From IMG/VR virus record IMGVR_UViG_3300044646_002092, positions 32,001-96,000 of that record: DNA of 64,000 nt; one strand, given 5' to 3'. This DNA is from a virus. The translations under genes were made by a program, and so were the position numbers. This document shows positions 18,271-27,147 of the stretch, piece by piece. The notes under the pieces are model-generated. The model was not told the DNA's origin and did no database searches. It saw nothing but the letters and a program-made list of their open reading frames with translations. Within the stretch, counting starts at the first letter, position 1; every line of letters starts with the position of its first letter.

Positions 18271-20391
18271 ATGCAAGTACTTGAATTTGGCTCTGACACA
18301 GACCAGCAATACATTTCAATTGTAAAACCAAAACTCCTCACCCAAAATTTTCTTTCCAAATACATCGATAAACAGCCTCCTTTTGGTCAACTTGGCTTGA
18401 TTGTATACCTGCGAACTTATTCTCGATTCATTCCCCAATTGAAACGCCGAGAAAAATGGTGGGAAACCTGTCTTCGTGTTGTCGAGTATTCTTTCTCTCT
18501 TCTACCTGATAAACCCCGTAAACCCTCTTACTTTACCCAAGATAAGCAGAAAGAGGAAGCTGAAGCTCTATTCGATACTCTATTCAATTTGCGTGGATTT
18601 ACGTCTGGTAGAACTCTTTTTGTAGGTGGTTCTGAAGCCTCAAGACTATACCCTTCTAGCAATTTCAATTGCAGCTACACGAATGTAGATAGTCTCAAAA
18701 GCTTTGCAGACGCGATGTATTTACTTCTTCTTGGGTGTGGCGTTGGTTACAGCGTGGAATCAACGCACGTATCTAAACTCCCTAAATTTAACCCAAACAT
18801 TAAAGTCTCGTTCAAACCTTACGAACCAAAAGAAAAAAATTCCCGTAAGCAAGAGACAGACGTAACTGGATACACAATTACTGTTGGAGATTCCAAAGAA
18901 GGTTGGGTTAGTGCTTTAGTTTATTTCTTGGATTTACATTCTAGTTCATCCACGCAACATATCACTCTAAATTTTGACAGTGTAAGACCAGAGGGTGAGC
19001 GATTAAAAACTTTTGGTGGTCGCGCTTCTGGCTACATTCCTCTTCAGACTATGTTTGAGGAAATTCATGACCGTATCATTTCCACTGATAATGGTGTAAT
19101 TGATTCTGTGGCTGCAATGGACATTATGAACTCTATTGCCAAAGCGATTGTAGTTGGGGGAGTACGCCGCAGTTCTCAGATTGCATTTGGGGATGTCGAT
19201 GATACTAACTTCCGCGATGCCAAGAAAGATTTGTGGTCGAATCCAGAAAAAGCCAAGTACAGCACGACTAGAGTTCTATCAAACAACTCGGTACATCTTT
19301 GGGAAAAGCCTAGTTACGATAGACTTAAAGAACTTTTCGAGACTATCAAGAATAATGGCGAACCTGCACTTTCTATTGCTGGTAACGCATCTCTAAGACG
19401 CGAAAACTATTTTGGCAGTAACCCTTGCCATGAGATTCTGCTAGACAATTTAGGTGTTTGTAATCTAACGACACAAAACTTGCTTAGTTTTGTAGACGAG
19501 TTTGGAAATTTTCTATTCGATGCTGCAATTAAGGCTATCAAGTTACTTACAAGAGTTGGTTCCCGTATCACTCTTGTAGATATGTGGGACAAAGATTGGG
19601 ATTACATTCAAAAGCGTGACCGACTTCTTGGTGTGAGTCTTACAGGTATTGTAGAGGCATATAACGCCCTTAACGACACTGAAAAGCTGAATTGGGAGTA
19701 TTACATCACAGAACTCCACAAAGCCGCTAGAACCGAAGCAGACCTCTACCACGACGCTCTTGGAATCCCCCGCAGCTATCTAGTGACGACACTCAAGCCT
19801 GAAGGGACATTATCACAACTACCAACAGTCTCCTCTGGTGTCCATGCACCGTATGCCCCTTACTATACTCGTAGAATCCGTATTAGTAAGCGCGACCCTA
19901 TTGCTAACGCTCTTTTAGATTTAGGTCTTGTACCTGTACCTGAGAATGGTCAAGGAAACGATATTCATGCAGACGAGTGTAATACTTGGGTATTCTCTTT
20001 TTCTGTTAAGACGAAGGCACAAATCAGGTCAATCGATGAATCTGCAATTGAGCAACTTGAGCGTTATAAGTTCTTCATGAAAAATTGGGCTGAACATACT
20101 GTTTCCGTTACCATCACAGTTGCAGAAAATGAATGGGATGGGGTTGTTGACTGGGTTTGGCAAAATTGGGAATATTGTATTGGCATTGCTTTCTTACCTA
20201 GATTTGACCCAGCCGAACTTGATTCCCCTTACCCAAATATGCCTTACGAGTCTTCAACCGAAGCAGATTACCGACCACTTGAAATATCCGAATCGCAATT
20301 AGTCTCTCTCATTTCTAAGTATGAAACTGAGTACGAAGAATATGAACTAGATGCGTCTTGCGGAGGATTAACAGCTTGCCCCGTTCGTTGA
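18271..20391 (+). CDS. nrdJ: class II adenosylcobalamin-dependent ribonucleotide reductase (monomeric RTPR type)
   Basis: SNFNCS, GGVRRSSQI, SNPCHEI, CNLT, KPEGTLSQL and C-terminal CGGLTACPVR; no beta subunit gene nearby. Confidence 0.92.
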   Translation: MQVLEFGSDTDQQYISIVKPKLLTQNFLSKYIDKQPPFGQLGLIVYLRTYSRFIPQLKRREKWWETCLRVVEYSFSLLPDKPRKPSYFTQDKQKEEAEALFDTLFNLRGFTSGRTLFVGGSEASRLYPSSNFNCSYTNVDSLKSFADAMYLLLLGCGVGYSVESTHVSKLPKFNPNIKVSFKPYEPKEKNSRKQETDVTGYTITVGDSKEGWVSALVYFLDLHSSSSTQHITLNFDSVRPEGERLKTFGGRASGYIPLQTMFEEIHDRIISTDNGVIDSVAAMDIMNSIAKAIVVGGVRRSSQIAFGDVDDTNFRDAKKDLWSNPEKAKYSTTRVLSNNSVHLWEKPSYDRLKELFETIKNNGEPALSIAGNASLRRENYFGSNPCHEILLDNLGVCNLTTQNLLSFVDEFGNFLFDAAIKAIKLLTRVGSRITLVDMWDKDWDYIQKRDRLLGVSLTGIVEAYNALNDTEKLNWEYYITELHKAARTEADLYHDALGIPRSYLVTTLKPEGTLSQLPTVSSGVHAPYAPYYTRRIRISKRDPIANALLDLGLVPVPENGQGNDIHADECNTWVFSFSVKTKAQIRSIDESAIEQLERYKFFMKNWAEHTVSVTITVAENEWDGVVDWVWQNWEYCIGIAFLPRFDPAELDSPYPNMPYESSTEADYRPLEISESQLVSLISKYETEYEEYELDASCGGLTACPVR

Positions 20392-20422
20392 TACAATACA
20401 CACAACAACTGAGAAAGACATC

Positions 20423-21013
20423 ATGACTATAAGACTCACCGCTAAAACTTTTGGTAGGGGGTCTTTAGGATACACACAGGCTCATCAAAACAATGGTAAG
20501 CCTGTATTTGTCCGAAAAGACCACATCTCTTGCACAACTTATGCACATATCGACCTTGTTAATGCAGCTATCGGTAAAGTAAAATCTACTCTCACCGAGA
20601 CTAGCAAGACATGGAAGACGCTCGATAAATTGCAAGATGCTATGTTCAATATAGGCTCAATGATTTTCGATACTAAGTATGCCACTTATGAAGTAAATCT
20701 AAAGAATCTCATCTCCCGCATGGAGTCCAGAACTAGTGCTGTAAATACGACCCTAGAAGCGACTGAATTTGTTAAGTATGGACTAGACCCTATTCATGCT
20801 GATTGGGGTACGTTAACTACTCAAACAAGACTTGCAGAGACTGTTTTTGTATCTTGGGTTCATACAAGCACTTTGGACGAAGAAACACTGACTCAGTATC
20901 AGTATGTTTTAGATTTACTCAATACAATGTCTAAGTGGACTTTTGCGGAGAGTAGAGCTTATGCAGCTTCAAAGCAACTCAAAGAAAAAACTTGGGAAAG
21001 TAAAACCGAATGA
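20423..21013 (+). CDS. divergent PduO-type cob(I)alamin adenosyltransferase-like protein
   Basis: RGSLGYT...VRKDH...YAHIDLVNAAIG...LQDAMFNIGS...TRLAET...LNTMSKWTFAESR aligns by eye with PduO TGDxGxT...VxKD...YGTxDELNSxIG...IQxxLFxxG...RRAER...LNRLSDxLFxxAR. Confidence 0.65.
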   Translation: MTIRLTAKTFGRGSLGYTQAHQNNGKPVFVRKDHISCTTYAHIDLVNAAIGKVKSTLTETSKTWKTLDKLQDAMFNIGSMIFDTKYATYEVNLKNLISRMESRTSAVNTTLEATEFVKYGLDPIHADWGTLTTQTRLAETVFVSWVHTSTLDEETLTQYQYVLDLLNTMSKWTFAESRAYAASKQLKEKTWESKTE

Positions 21014-21255
21014 GATTCTTCAACTACCGCTTCCATCAACGAGATGGTATTTCCAAAGCTAACTGGCATCCTCGCGCAATGAACAATTGGCGCAAACAAG
21101 GGCTTCCATTTATCGATTTTGGTACTCGCGTTGATTTTGGGCAGCATCATCCAGAATGCCCTCCCAACTACAGCCAAGTGCGACTTCGGGTTGGAAACTG
21201 GCGGCTAACGCTTCATTTTAATTTTGTAAACTGCGAATACGATACATGGGGCTAA
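21010..21255 (+). CDS. hypothetical protein
   Basis: 81-aa ORF overlapping the previous stop codon. Confidence 0.55.
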   Translation: MRFFNYRFHQRDGISKANWHPRAMNNWRKQGLPFIDFGTRVDFGQHHPECPPNYSQVRLRVGNWRLTLHFNFVNCEYDTWG

Positions 21256-21256
21256 T

Positions 21257-21430
21257 ATGTGGCAAACACTAAAAGATTTTCAAGACCAAATCGACAAGTA
21301 CTACAAGATTAATGGGGAATACCCCAGAGAACTCCGACTGTCACTAAGAGTCCCTAGACCTAAAGGATTCCGCGCTTACTGTAATCGAATGAAAATCAAG
21401 GTAAACTATAGTCAATACCCTAGAAGATAA
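21257..21430 (+). CDS. small hypothetical protein (57 aa)
   Basis: ATG at 21257 to TAA at 21428-21430; fills the gap exactly. Confidence 0.5.
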   Translation: MWQTLKDFQDQIDKYYKINGEYPRELRLSLRVPRPKGFRAYCNRMKIKVNYSQYPRR

Positions 21431-21431
21431 C

Positions 21432-21905
21432 ATGATTGACCCAACTCAAGATGGTAAAACTCACATCAGGATTGATTCTAAGGCAGCAACTTTTATTGGC
21501 AAATTTCTCGCGCCTCGTACTCTTTGCGAATTAAATATGCCTGAAGGCAGATTCCTATGCGTAGCCGCTTACCAGTATCATCTAACTTGCAAAGAAGACA
21601 GCCGCCTTAACCGTGTTCATGATTGGGAAACTGAACTTCTTGCTACTCAACTTCAATCACTTCCTCGAAAAGAGCAATTACCAGCCGCCGAACTTCAAGC
21701 GAAGCTGAAAAAAGCGCTCGACCAAAAAATCAAGTGGAGCGAATATTGGATGGAAGAGTTCACTGAATCAGAACTTCCTTTTCTGTACTATCATCTTGAT
21801 GCTGAAGGTAATGTGGTTGATGAAAGTAGGAAATATCGTTGGTTGCTGAATCACTTAGAAGCAAGACGAAAACTATTACAACAGAGAAGAGACAACGCCG
21901 CATGA
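21432..21905 (+). CDS. conserved large-phage protein (DGxTHI family; possibly NADAR-like fold)
   Basis: IDPTQDGKTHIRIDSK...GRFLCV...SELPFLYY pattern. Confidence 0.45.
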   Translation: MIDPTQDGKTHIRIDSKAATFIGKFLAPRTLCELNMPEGRFLCVAAYQYHLTCKEDSRLNRVHDWETELLATQLQSLPRKEQLPAAELQAKLKKALDQKIKWSEYWMEEFTESELPFLYYHLDAEGNVVDESRKYRWLLNHLEARRKLLQQRRDNAA

Positions 21906-22192
21906 ATCCATTACTCACCGAACAAGAGTGCCTAGATTTTATAAAAGTTTACTTATGTCAAGCAGTTACAAAATATTATTTTGAGTTAGGTTGGTATCCC
22001 CCTGAAGGTGCTGCTTTACCTGAGAGCTACGCAAGCCTTAATTTTGCTTTAAGGGATGATAGTGTGAAAATACTAGAGTCTGGTTGCTGCATGAAAGAAG
22101 CCCTCAACAATCTAGTAACTTATCTCAAGCACCCGTCAAACCAACATTATAAAACTACTGACTTCACATTACCTGAATATAACCATGACTAA
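21902..22192 (+). CDS. hypothetical protein
   Basis: ATG at 21902, coupled on both sides. Confidence 0.55.
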   Translation: MNPLLTEQECLDFIKVYLCQAVTKYYFELGWYPPEGAALPESYASLNFALRDDSVKILESGCCMKEALNNLVTYLKHPSNQHYKTTDFTLPEYNHD

Positions 22193-23072
22193 CTACACTT
22201 CCGCCGACCTTACATACGCTTTTCTATTGCAAGACATTCTGCGCTTCAACAATGTAGTAGAGACACGTAACCATTCGTGTTACTGCAATCCATTTCTTGA
22301 TACCGTTACCTTTAACTCTCTACCTCTAATTACCGTTCGCAAGACAGCTTGGAAGCTTGCTCTAACTGAGATGGAGTGGTTTATGTCGGGGTATAGAGAA
22401 TGCCCCGAAAAATTATCTAAGTGGTGGGCTGGACAACTTAATCATGATGGAGAGTACGTGGACGGATACTCACAGCAGTTTCGAGAGTCCAGTTACTTCA
22501 ATAGAAAAGAAGATGATTTAGGAGGCTTCGACCAAATTGCTTACATTCTTGATGGTCTGAAAAATCACCAGCACTCTCGCCGTTTAGTTATGACATCTTG
22601 GAATACAGGTGAGATGGCTAACATCACGAAGACCAACAACAATCCTCAAACGCCTTCGACCTGCCATAGCACACTAATTCAGTTCTTTGTGGTTAATGGC
22701 GAACTGCACGTAAAACACTATCAAAGGTCTGCGGATACCTTACTTGGCGTTCCTTGCAATTGGGTTCAGCACTGGGCTTTGCTGACTTACTTCGCTTTCC
22801 ACAGCAATCTAAAAGTTGGCTCACTTACTTGGGTATTTGGTGATGCTCATATCTACAATGAAGAATCTCACATCGAAGCTGCTAATCAGATTATTAAAGT
22901 TCTTATGAATAGAAATAATTCTGGATTTGTCGAGCCTATAGAACTTAACCTCGCCTATAATTACTCTGGTGAACTTGACTCATTTGGTACACCTCGCTTT
23001 GCTGCTGCTGACTTCACTATCGAAGGTGAAATTCCTAAACCAACTGTATTGGCTAAACCTAAATTGTTGTAA
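22185..23072 (+). CDS. thyA: thymidylate synthase
   Basis: RKTAWKLALTEMEWF, catalytic TCH, YQRSADTLLGVPCN and GDAHIY. Confidence 0.9.
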   Translation: MTNYTSADLTYAFLLQDILRFNNVVETRNHSCYCNPFLDTVTFNSLPLITVRKTAWKLALTEMEWFMSGYRECPEKLSKWWAGQLNHDGEYVDGYSQQFRESSYFNRKEDDLGGFDQIAYILDGLKNHQHSRRLVMTSWNTGEMANITKTNNNPQTPSTCHSTLIQFFVVNGELHVKHYQRSADTLLGVPCNWVQHWALLTYFAFHSNLKVGSLTWVFGDAHIYNEESHIEAANQIIKVLMNRNNSGFVEPIELNLAYNYSGELDSFGTPRFAAADFTIEGEIPKPTVLAKPKLL

Positions 23073-23084
23073 TTTACTCCTTTA

Positions 23085-23118
23085 GATAGATACAATCAAT
23101 AGTTACATGATGTTAACT
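23085..23118 (+). promoter_or_regulatory. phage promoter motif GATAGATA-N20-TTAACT overlapped by a 12-bp inverted repeat
   Basis: intergenic after thyA; inverted repeat at 23103-23114/23130-23141. Confidence 0.5.
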
Positions 23119-23240
23119 TTAAGACAGTAAACATCATGTAATTTTTTCATGTTAACTTTTTTAATAGCTACATTTGGTACTGCTTTTATATGTTGGCTAA
23201 TTTCATTAGCTTGTGGCACTGAAGGAAATGGTAAGTCTTA

Positions 23241-23849
23241 ATGGTAAAACATGACATTCGCCTCAGAACCGCCAATATTATTCGTCAACTAGATTATCCA
23301 CAAATCCGCCTAAAACGCCTAGACATCGATAAGGTACGCAATTGGTGTTACGTCAATATTCCTAAAGCAGTTTCTAGATTTAAAGATAATCGTTTCGACT
23401 TAAACGAAGCAACAACTTGGGAAGAGCTTTGCGCTTATAATACCATCTTACAAATCTATGGTCGTAAAGTGGCTGTGTACTTCACTTTTGGATGGCTTGA
23501 TTATCAGGGGGTAAAAGAGTTCATAGCTTCGCGTAAGGGGGCAAAGTTTCGTCAAGAGTTTGGGCTTGACCATCACAGTGCAATCTTACTATCTCCTCAA
23601 ACTTTCTTTTCTGCCGAGTCGTTAGATGAATTTTGGGTGAGTTTTGACTTAAAAGGGGGTAAAGGGTATAACTTTCTAGACTATTCACATTATAATGACG
23701 ATGAAGATATGGATTCATCTCAATATGATTGGCTCAATGAAGCCCTAGCTGAACAAGAGAATGAAAAAATAAAGAATCCTTACGAGGATTTGAATCGCCG
23801 TACTAGTACCAAGACTAAACAGAAAAAAAATGTCTCTATTACCAACTAA
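23241..23849 (+). CDS. hypothetical protein
   Basis: 202-aa ORF. Confidence 0.7.
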   Translation: MVKHDIRLRTANIIRQLDYPQIRLKRLDIDKVRNWCYVNIPKAVSRFKDNRFDLNEATTWEELCAYNTILQIYGRKVAVYFTFGWLDYQGVKEFIASRKGAKFRQEFGLDHHSAILLSPQTFFSAESLDEFWVSFDLKGGKGYNFLDYSHYNDDEDMDSSQYDWLNEALAEQENEKIKNPYEDLNRRTSTKTKQKKNVSITN

Positions 23850-24234
23850 AAAATACGCCCGAATCCCGCAGCATCAGCCTGAACTTGTTGCAGTCAAAAA
23901 AGAACCTCCGACACTCGTTGAAGTGCTTGAAAATGAAGGGTATGACCTTCAACATGAACTCAATCAAATTGAGGAAGCTAAGAGCCGAGAACGTGACCTG
24001 AGATTGCGGCTTAACGTAGTCCAACAATCACTACAAGCATTTCGTGCCTTGGAAGCTGCGCCCGAACCTGTACAAGAACAATCCGCACCTGCGCCTATCG
24101 TCAAAAATGTTCGGAAAGCCGCCACTAGAAAGACGGCAAGACCTACCCAAAGTAGTGTTGCACCAGAGCCAACTGTGAGCGATACTGAAAATATTGAACT
24201 TGTACACGATGATTTTTCAACTTTTCCTGACTAA
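23830..24234 (+). CDS. hypothetical protein (short coiled coil plus disordered tail)
   Basis: 134-aa ORF. Confidence 0.7.
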   Translation: MSLLPTKKYARIPQHQPELVAVKKEPPTLVEVLENEGYDLQHELNQIEEAKSRERDLRLRLNVVQQSLQAFRALEAAPEPVQEQSAPAPIVKNVRKAATRKTARPTQSSVAPEPTVSDTENIELVHDDFSTFPD

Positions 24235-24242
24235 TAACTAAT

Positions 24243-24734
24243 ATGACCAACAATAGTTTTTATTTTTCTGACCTGATTGGTATTCCAGTAACCGCAGCAT
24301 ATTCAAAAGCAGCTAGAGACAAAGAACTGAAGCAATTATCCGATGCTTTGTATTCTGCACTGACTTCCTCCCCCCCTAAAAAAGAGAAGTTTCTCGAACC
24401 TGTAACTATTTTCCATAACGACGCAAGGTTAACCAGAGTGAAGCCTGAAAATTCTCAGTATTACGAAGATGCTAAAGAGTTTTATGTTTCTCTCGGCATT
24501 TTCGACCTCGACCCCAGTTCTGCTGTTGTCACTGTCACCAAAGACAACAAACTTGAACTAACTTGGACTGAACGTGCAGGCAAAGGGAAATTCTTTAGTA
24601 AAATTCCTAGCTATCTAGTTGCTACTTCAGCGCCTGTATTGAGTTATGAAGGCGGTGTTCTCGATATTCGAGTCAATGTGAAGTCCCGAAGCGAAAATGA
24701 TGTGGTATTTGTCGGTAAGCTTGAATCGAAGTAG
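24243..24734 (+). CDS. small heat-shock (HSP20/alpha-crystallin-like) protein, divergent
   Basis: FYVSLGIFDLDP...VTVTKDNKLEL...SYEGGVLDIRV resembles the alpha-crystallin strands. Confidence 0.5.
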   Translation: MTNNSFYFSDLIGIPVTAAYSKAARDKELKQLSDALYSALTSSPPKKEKFLEPVTIFHNDARLTRVKPENSQYYEDAKEFYVSLGIFDLDPSSAVVTVTKDNKLELTWTERAGKGKFFSKIPSYLVATSAPVLSYEGGVLDIRVNVKSRSENDVVFVGKLESK

Positions 24735-24796
24735 TAAAGAGTTACGAAAACTAATTCTCCCTATCTTTATTGAAAGGGTAAAGCAACAAATTTATA

Positions 24797-24824
24797 GGGG
24801 ACGCTGCGGTGTCCCTTTTCTTTT
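24797..24824 (+). terminator. intrinsic terminator
   Basis: GGGGACGC-TGCG-GTGTCCCC followed by TTTT. Confidence 0.8.
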
Positions 24825-24959
24825 ACTAAGGAGTAACCATGTTCAATTTTGACCAACTCTACAAATTGATGCTTGAGTATCTACTAATAGTAGTATTGAC
24901 TATTCTTGGTCTTCAAGTTACACTTCTGTTTGTTAAAACTATTTGGGATTTATACAATT

Positions 24960-25388
24960 ATGGCTGACCCTCGCCGTTACAGTATCTCAATCATCGAAAA
25001 CTTTTCAGACAAATCACTACACGAAATTGCACTTGTCGTTACTGAATCTGTATTTTACATTAAACCAGACGAATTTATTTTAGGGCAAACTAAGGAACTT
25101 ACACTTGGCACTGAATTTTTATATACCGAAGAGCCTATTACTTGGCGCGAAGCAGAAAAAGAACTTGCGCCAGCTTTTCGAGATTTTCCTGATGCTTGCT
25201 TCTGTGTTTTTGTCAGTGATGGTGAAGATGGCGGTCAATATCGTACATTGTTCTTCAACGGTAAGGCAGTGACGCAGTACCCTGAAATTCGTTATCCAGA
25301 GTTTCGCTTGAATGAGTTTGAATACGAGACTTCGAGCAAGAAGAGTTTGTTTAGAGATATTATTTTGGAGAGCGTACAGGATGCTTAA
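24960..25388 (+). CDS. hypothetical protein
   Basis: ATG at 24960. Confidence 0.65.
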   Translation: MADPRRYSISIIENFSDKSLHEIALVVTESVFYIKPDEFILGQTKELTLGTEFLYTEEPITWREAEKELAPAFRDFPDACFCVFVSDGEDGGQYRTLFFNGKAVTQYPEIRYPEFRLNEFEYETSSKKSLFRDIILESVQDA

Positions 25389-25857
25389 ATCGATGCCTCA
25401 AGGCGCTAACATTCTCGACGTTGACTTAACTAAGCCTGAGAACTGCATCTTTGTACCTGTGAACTGTGTAGGGGTGATGGGTAAAGGTTTGGCGCTCGAC
25501 TTCAAGAAAAAATATCCCGATTTAGTTTGGCAATACAACAATCTTTGTGAAAAGAATTATCTTAGAGTGGGTTTCCCTGAGTTTATTTCTTTTGATGGCT
25601 CATTTTTAAATATTGTCCTTTTCCCAACTAAAAAACATTGGAAGGACTTATCTCAACTTCATTGGATTAAGCAGGGATTAATAGAATTAGCTACAAGCCC
25701 TAACTTAGACTTTCAGCATTGGCGCAAACAAACTCGCAACCTACATATACCTAAACTTGGTTGTGGTCTTGGTGGTCTTAATTGGGCTGATGTACGCCCT
25801 TTGATTGAACAGTTTGCAGAAATGATGCCTGAACATGAGGTGTATTTATATGAATAG
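25381..25857 (+). CDS. macrodomain ADP-ribosyl hydrolase (DarG/Poa1p-like)
   Basis: VNCVGVMGKGLALDFK, LFPTKKHWK, IPKLGCGLGGLNW. Confidence 0.85.
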   Translation: MLKSMPQGANILDVDLTKPENCIFVPVNCVGVMGKGLALDFKKKYPDLVWQYNNLCEKNYLRVGFPEFISFDGSFLNIVLFPTKKHWKDLSQLHWIKQGLIELATSPNLDFQHWRKQTRNLHIPKLGCGLGGLNWADVRPLIEQFAEMMPEHEVYLYE

Positions 25858-25860
25858 AAT

Positions 25861-26310
25861 ATGTTAGGAAGTTTACCAACTGAACCAGAAGAAGTTAAGT
25901 TAGCCATCATTGATGATGAACTTAATAAACTTTATATTGATACTCAACATCTATTACAGAAATACAGTTCTCTTGTTTCTGAAAATACCCCACTCCTAAT
26001 CAACCAAATTAAAAAAGCTCTCAAAGATTTAGACTTTATTTTTGAAAATCTGAGTCTCGAAAGTGAGGATTGGAAAGTAAGTTCCTGTAAGCGGGAGTAC
26101 AAATACTGGTACAAACAATTTACACATTTCGATGAGCTACTTATTCCCGAAGTTATTGAAAAATATCTTGAAGAGGAGTTGGAAAAAGAAAGGCAAAGAG
26201 AATTAGAACGTGAAAAACGTTACCAACTACAAAAAGAAGAGGTTGAAAAAGCAAAATTAAATAATAGATGGATTGACGAAATGCGCCGTACCCACTACAA
26301 TACTTTTTAG
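25861..26310 (+). CDS. hypothetical protein
   Basis: 149-aa ORF. Confidence 0.65.
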   Translation: MLGSLPTEPEEVKLAIIDDELNKLYIDTQHLLQKYSSLVSENTPLLINQIKKALKDLDFIFENLSLESEDWKVSSCKREYKYWYKQFTHFDELLIPEVIEKYLEEELEKERQRELEREKRYQLQKEEVEKAKLNNRWIDEMRRTHYNTF

Positions 26311-26331
26311 TAATACTTAAGGAGCAAAAAG

Positions 26332-26613
26332 ATGTCACGCACCAAGAAGCACAGAGACTTGTTTTTTCTTCAGTTTCTTCACAAACTTATCAAGTCCATC
26401 GGTAGCCCTTTTACCCATCCTCGCGCATCTCGTTGGGCTAAAGTACGTAGCAGAGTCAGCAGACAGTATGGAGGCTCTAACTGGGGCGATAATCAGCGTG
26501 TAGATACCAAATACAACTTCACACCCAAACATCGTGCAATGAAGCGTGCAGCCCGTCGAGAAGCTTTGGAGCAAGCACAGCAACAACTTGAAGAATACGA
26601 ATATGGAGACTAA
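26332..26613 (+). CDS. hypothetical basic protein
   Basis: 93-aa ORF with SD-like AGGAG. Confidence 0.6.
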   Translation: MSRTKKHRDLFFLQFLHKLIKSIGSPFTHPRASRWAKVRSRVSRQYGGSNWGDNQRVDTKYNFTPKHRAMKRAARREALEQAQQQLEEYEYGD

Positions 26614-26908
26614 CCTGCGTTGGCAAGATAATGGACAATTTTCTTACGCTTGGTTCGGTATTACTAAGCTCAGCGTCGAGTATGAAGGGTCTATGCATCC
26701 AAGAGGCTCAGATTTACCTACTGGCTACCGAGTAAGCGTAGAAGGTTACAAAAAACGCGAACTCAAGCATCTTTTCTCTAAGCGAGACAATGCAAAAATT
26801 GCTGCTGAACGTCTACTCTGGAAAATTGTAAACGAAATGCACCAAGACCTATCTCAATATTCTTGGGATACGCACAACAAAGAAGAAGTTAAATGGGTGG
26901 TGAGATGA
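26603..26908 (+). CDS. hypothetical protein (distant paralogue of 29684)
   Basis: LRW...AWFG..K.SV...F...AKIAAERLL. Confidence 0.6.
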   Translation: METNLRWQDNGQFSYAWFGITKLSVEYEGSMHPRGSDLPTGYRVSVEGYKKRELKHLFSKRDNAKIAAERLLWKIVNEMHQDLSQYSWDTHNKEEVKWVVR

Positions 26909-27147
26909 TTAAATTACCGCCAAGGTTCAAAATTTTCCACAATGTTAGCGAGGACTATTACTTCATCAAAGAACGATTCTGTTTCTTTTGGTATATGACA
27001 GAAAGGGATATTATTGCTTACGATGGTTCTACAGTAATAACTCGTTACGAGAGTGTTGAAGCTGCCGAAACTGTAATCGACCAATGGCTCCGTAATAAAA
27101 AACAATCCAAAACACCTGATGAAATCAAACTGGTAAAAGAACTATGA
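26905..27147 (+). CDS. hypothetical protein
   Basis: ATG at 26905 overlapping the previous TGA. Confidence 0.6.
   Translation: MIKLPPRFKIFHNVSEDYYFIKERFCFFWYMTERDIIAYDGSTVITRYESVEAAETVIDQWLRNKKQSKTPDEIKLVKEL

Noticed and set aside
12654-20391. Inteins or group I introns in polA and nrdJ
   Set aside because: Both ORFs are continuous with expected motif spacing and show no intein C...HN signature; the HNH gene lies after the polA stop codon.
22185-23072. dCMP hydroxymethylase / modified-base pathway
   Set aside because: The specificity residue is Asn (GVPCN), as in dUMP-specific ThyA, and no glycosyltransferase or other base-modification genes are seen.
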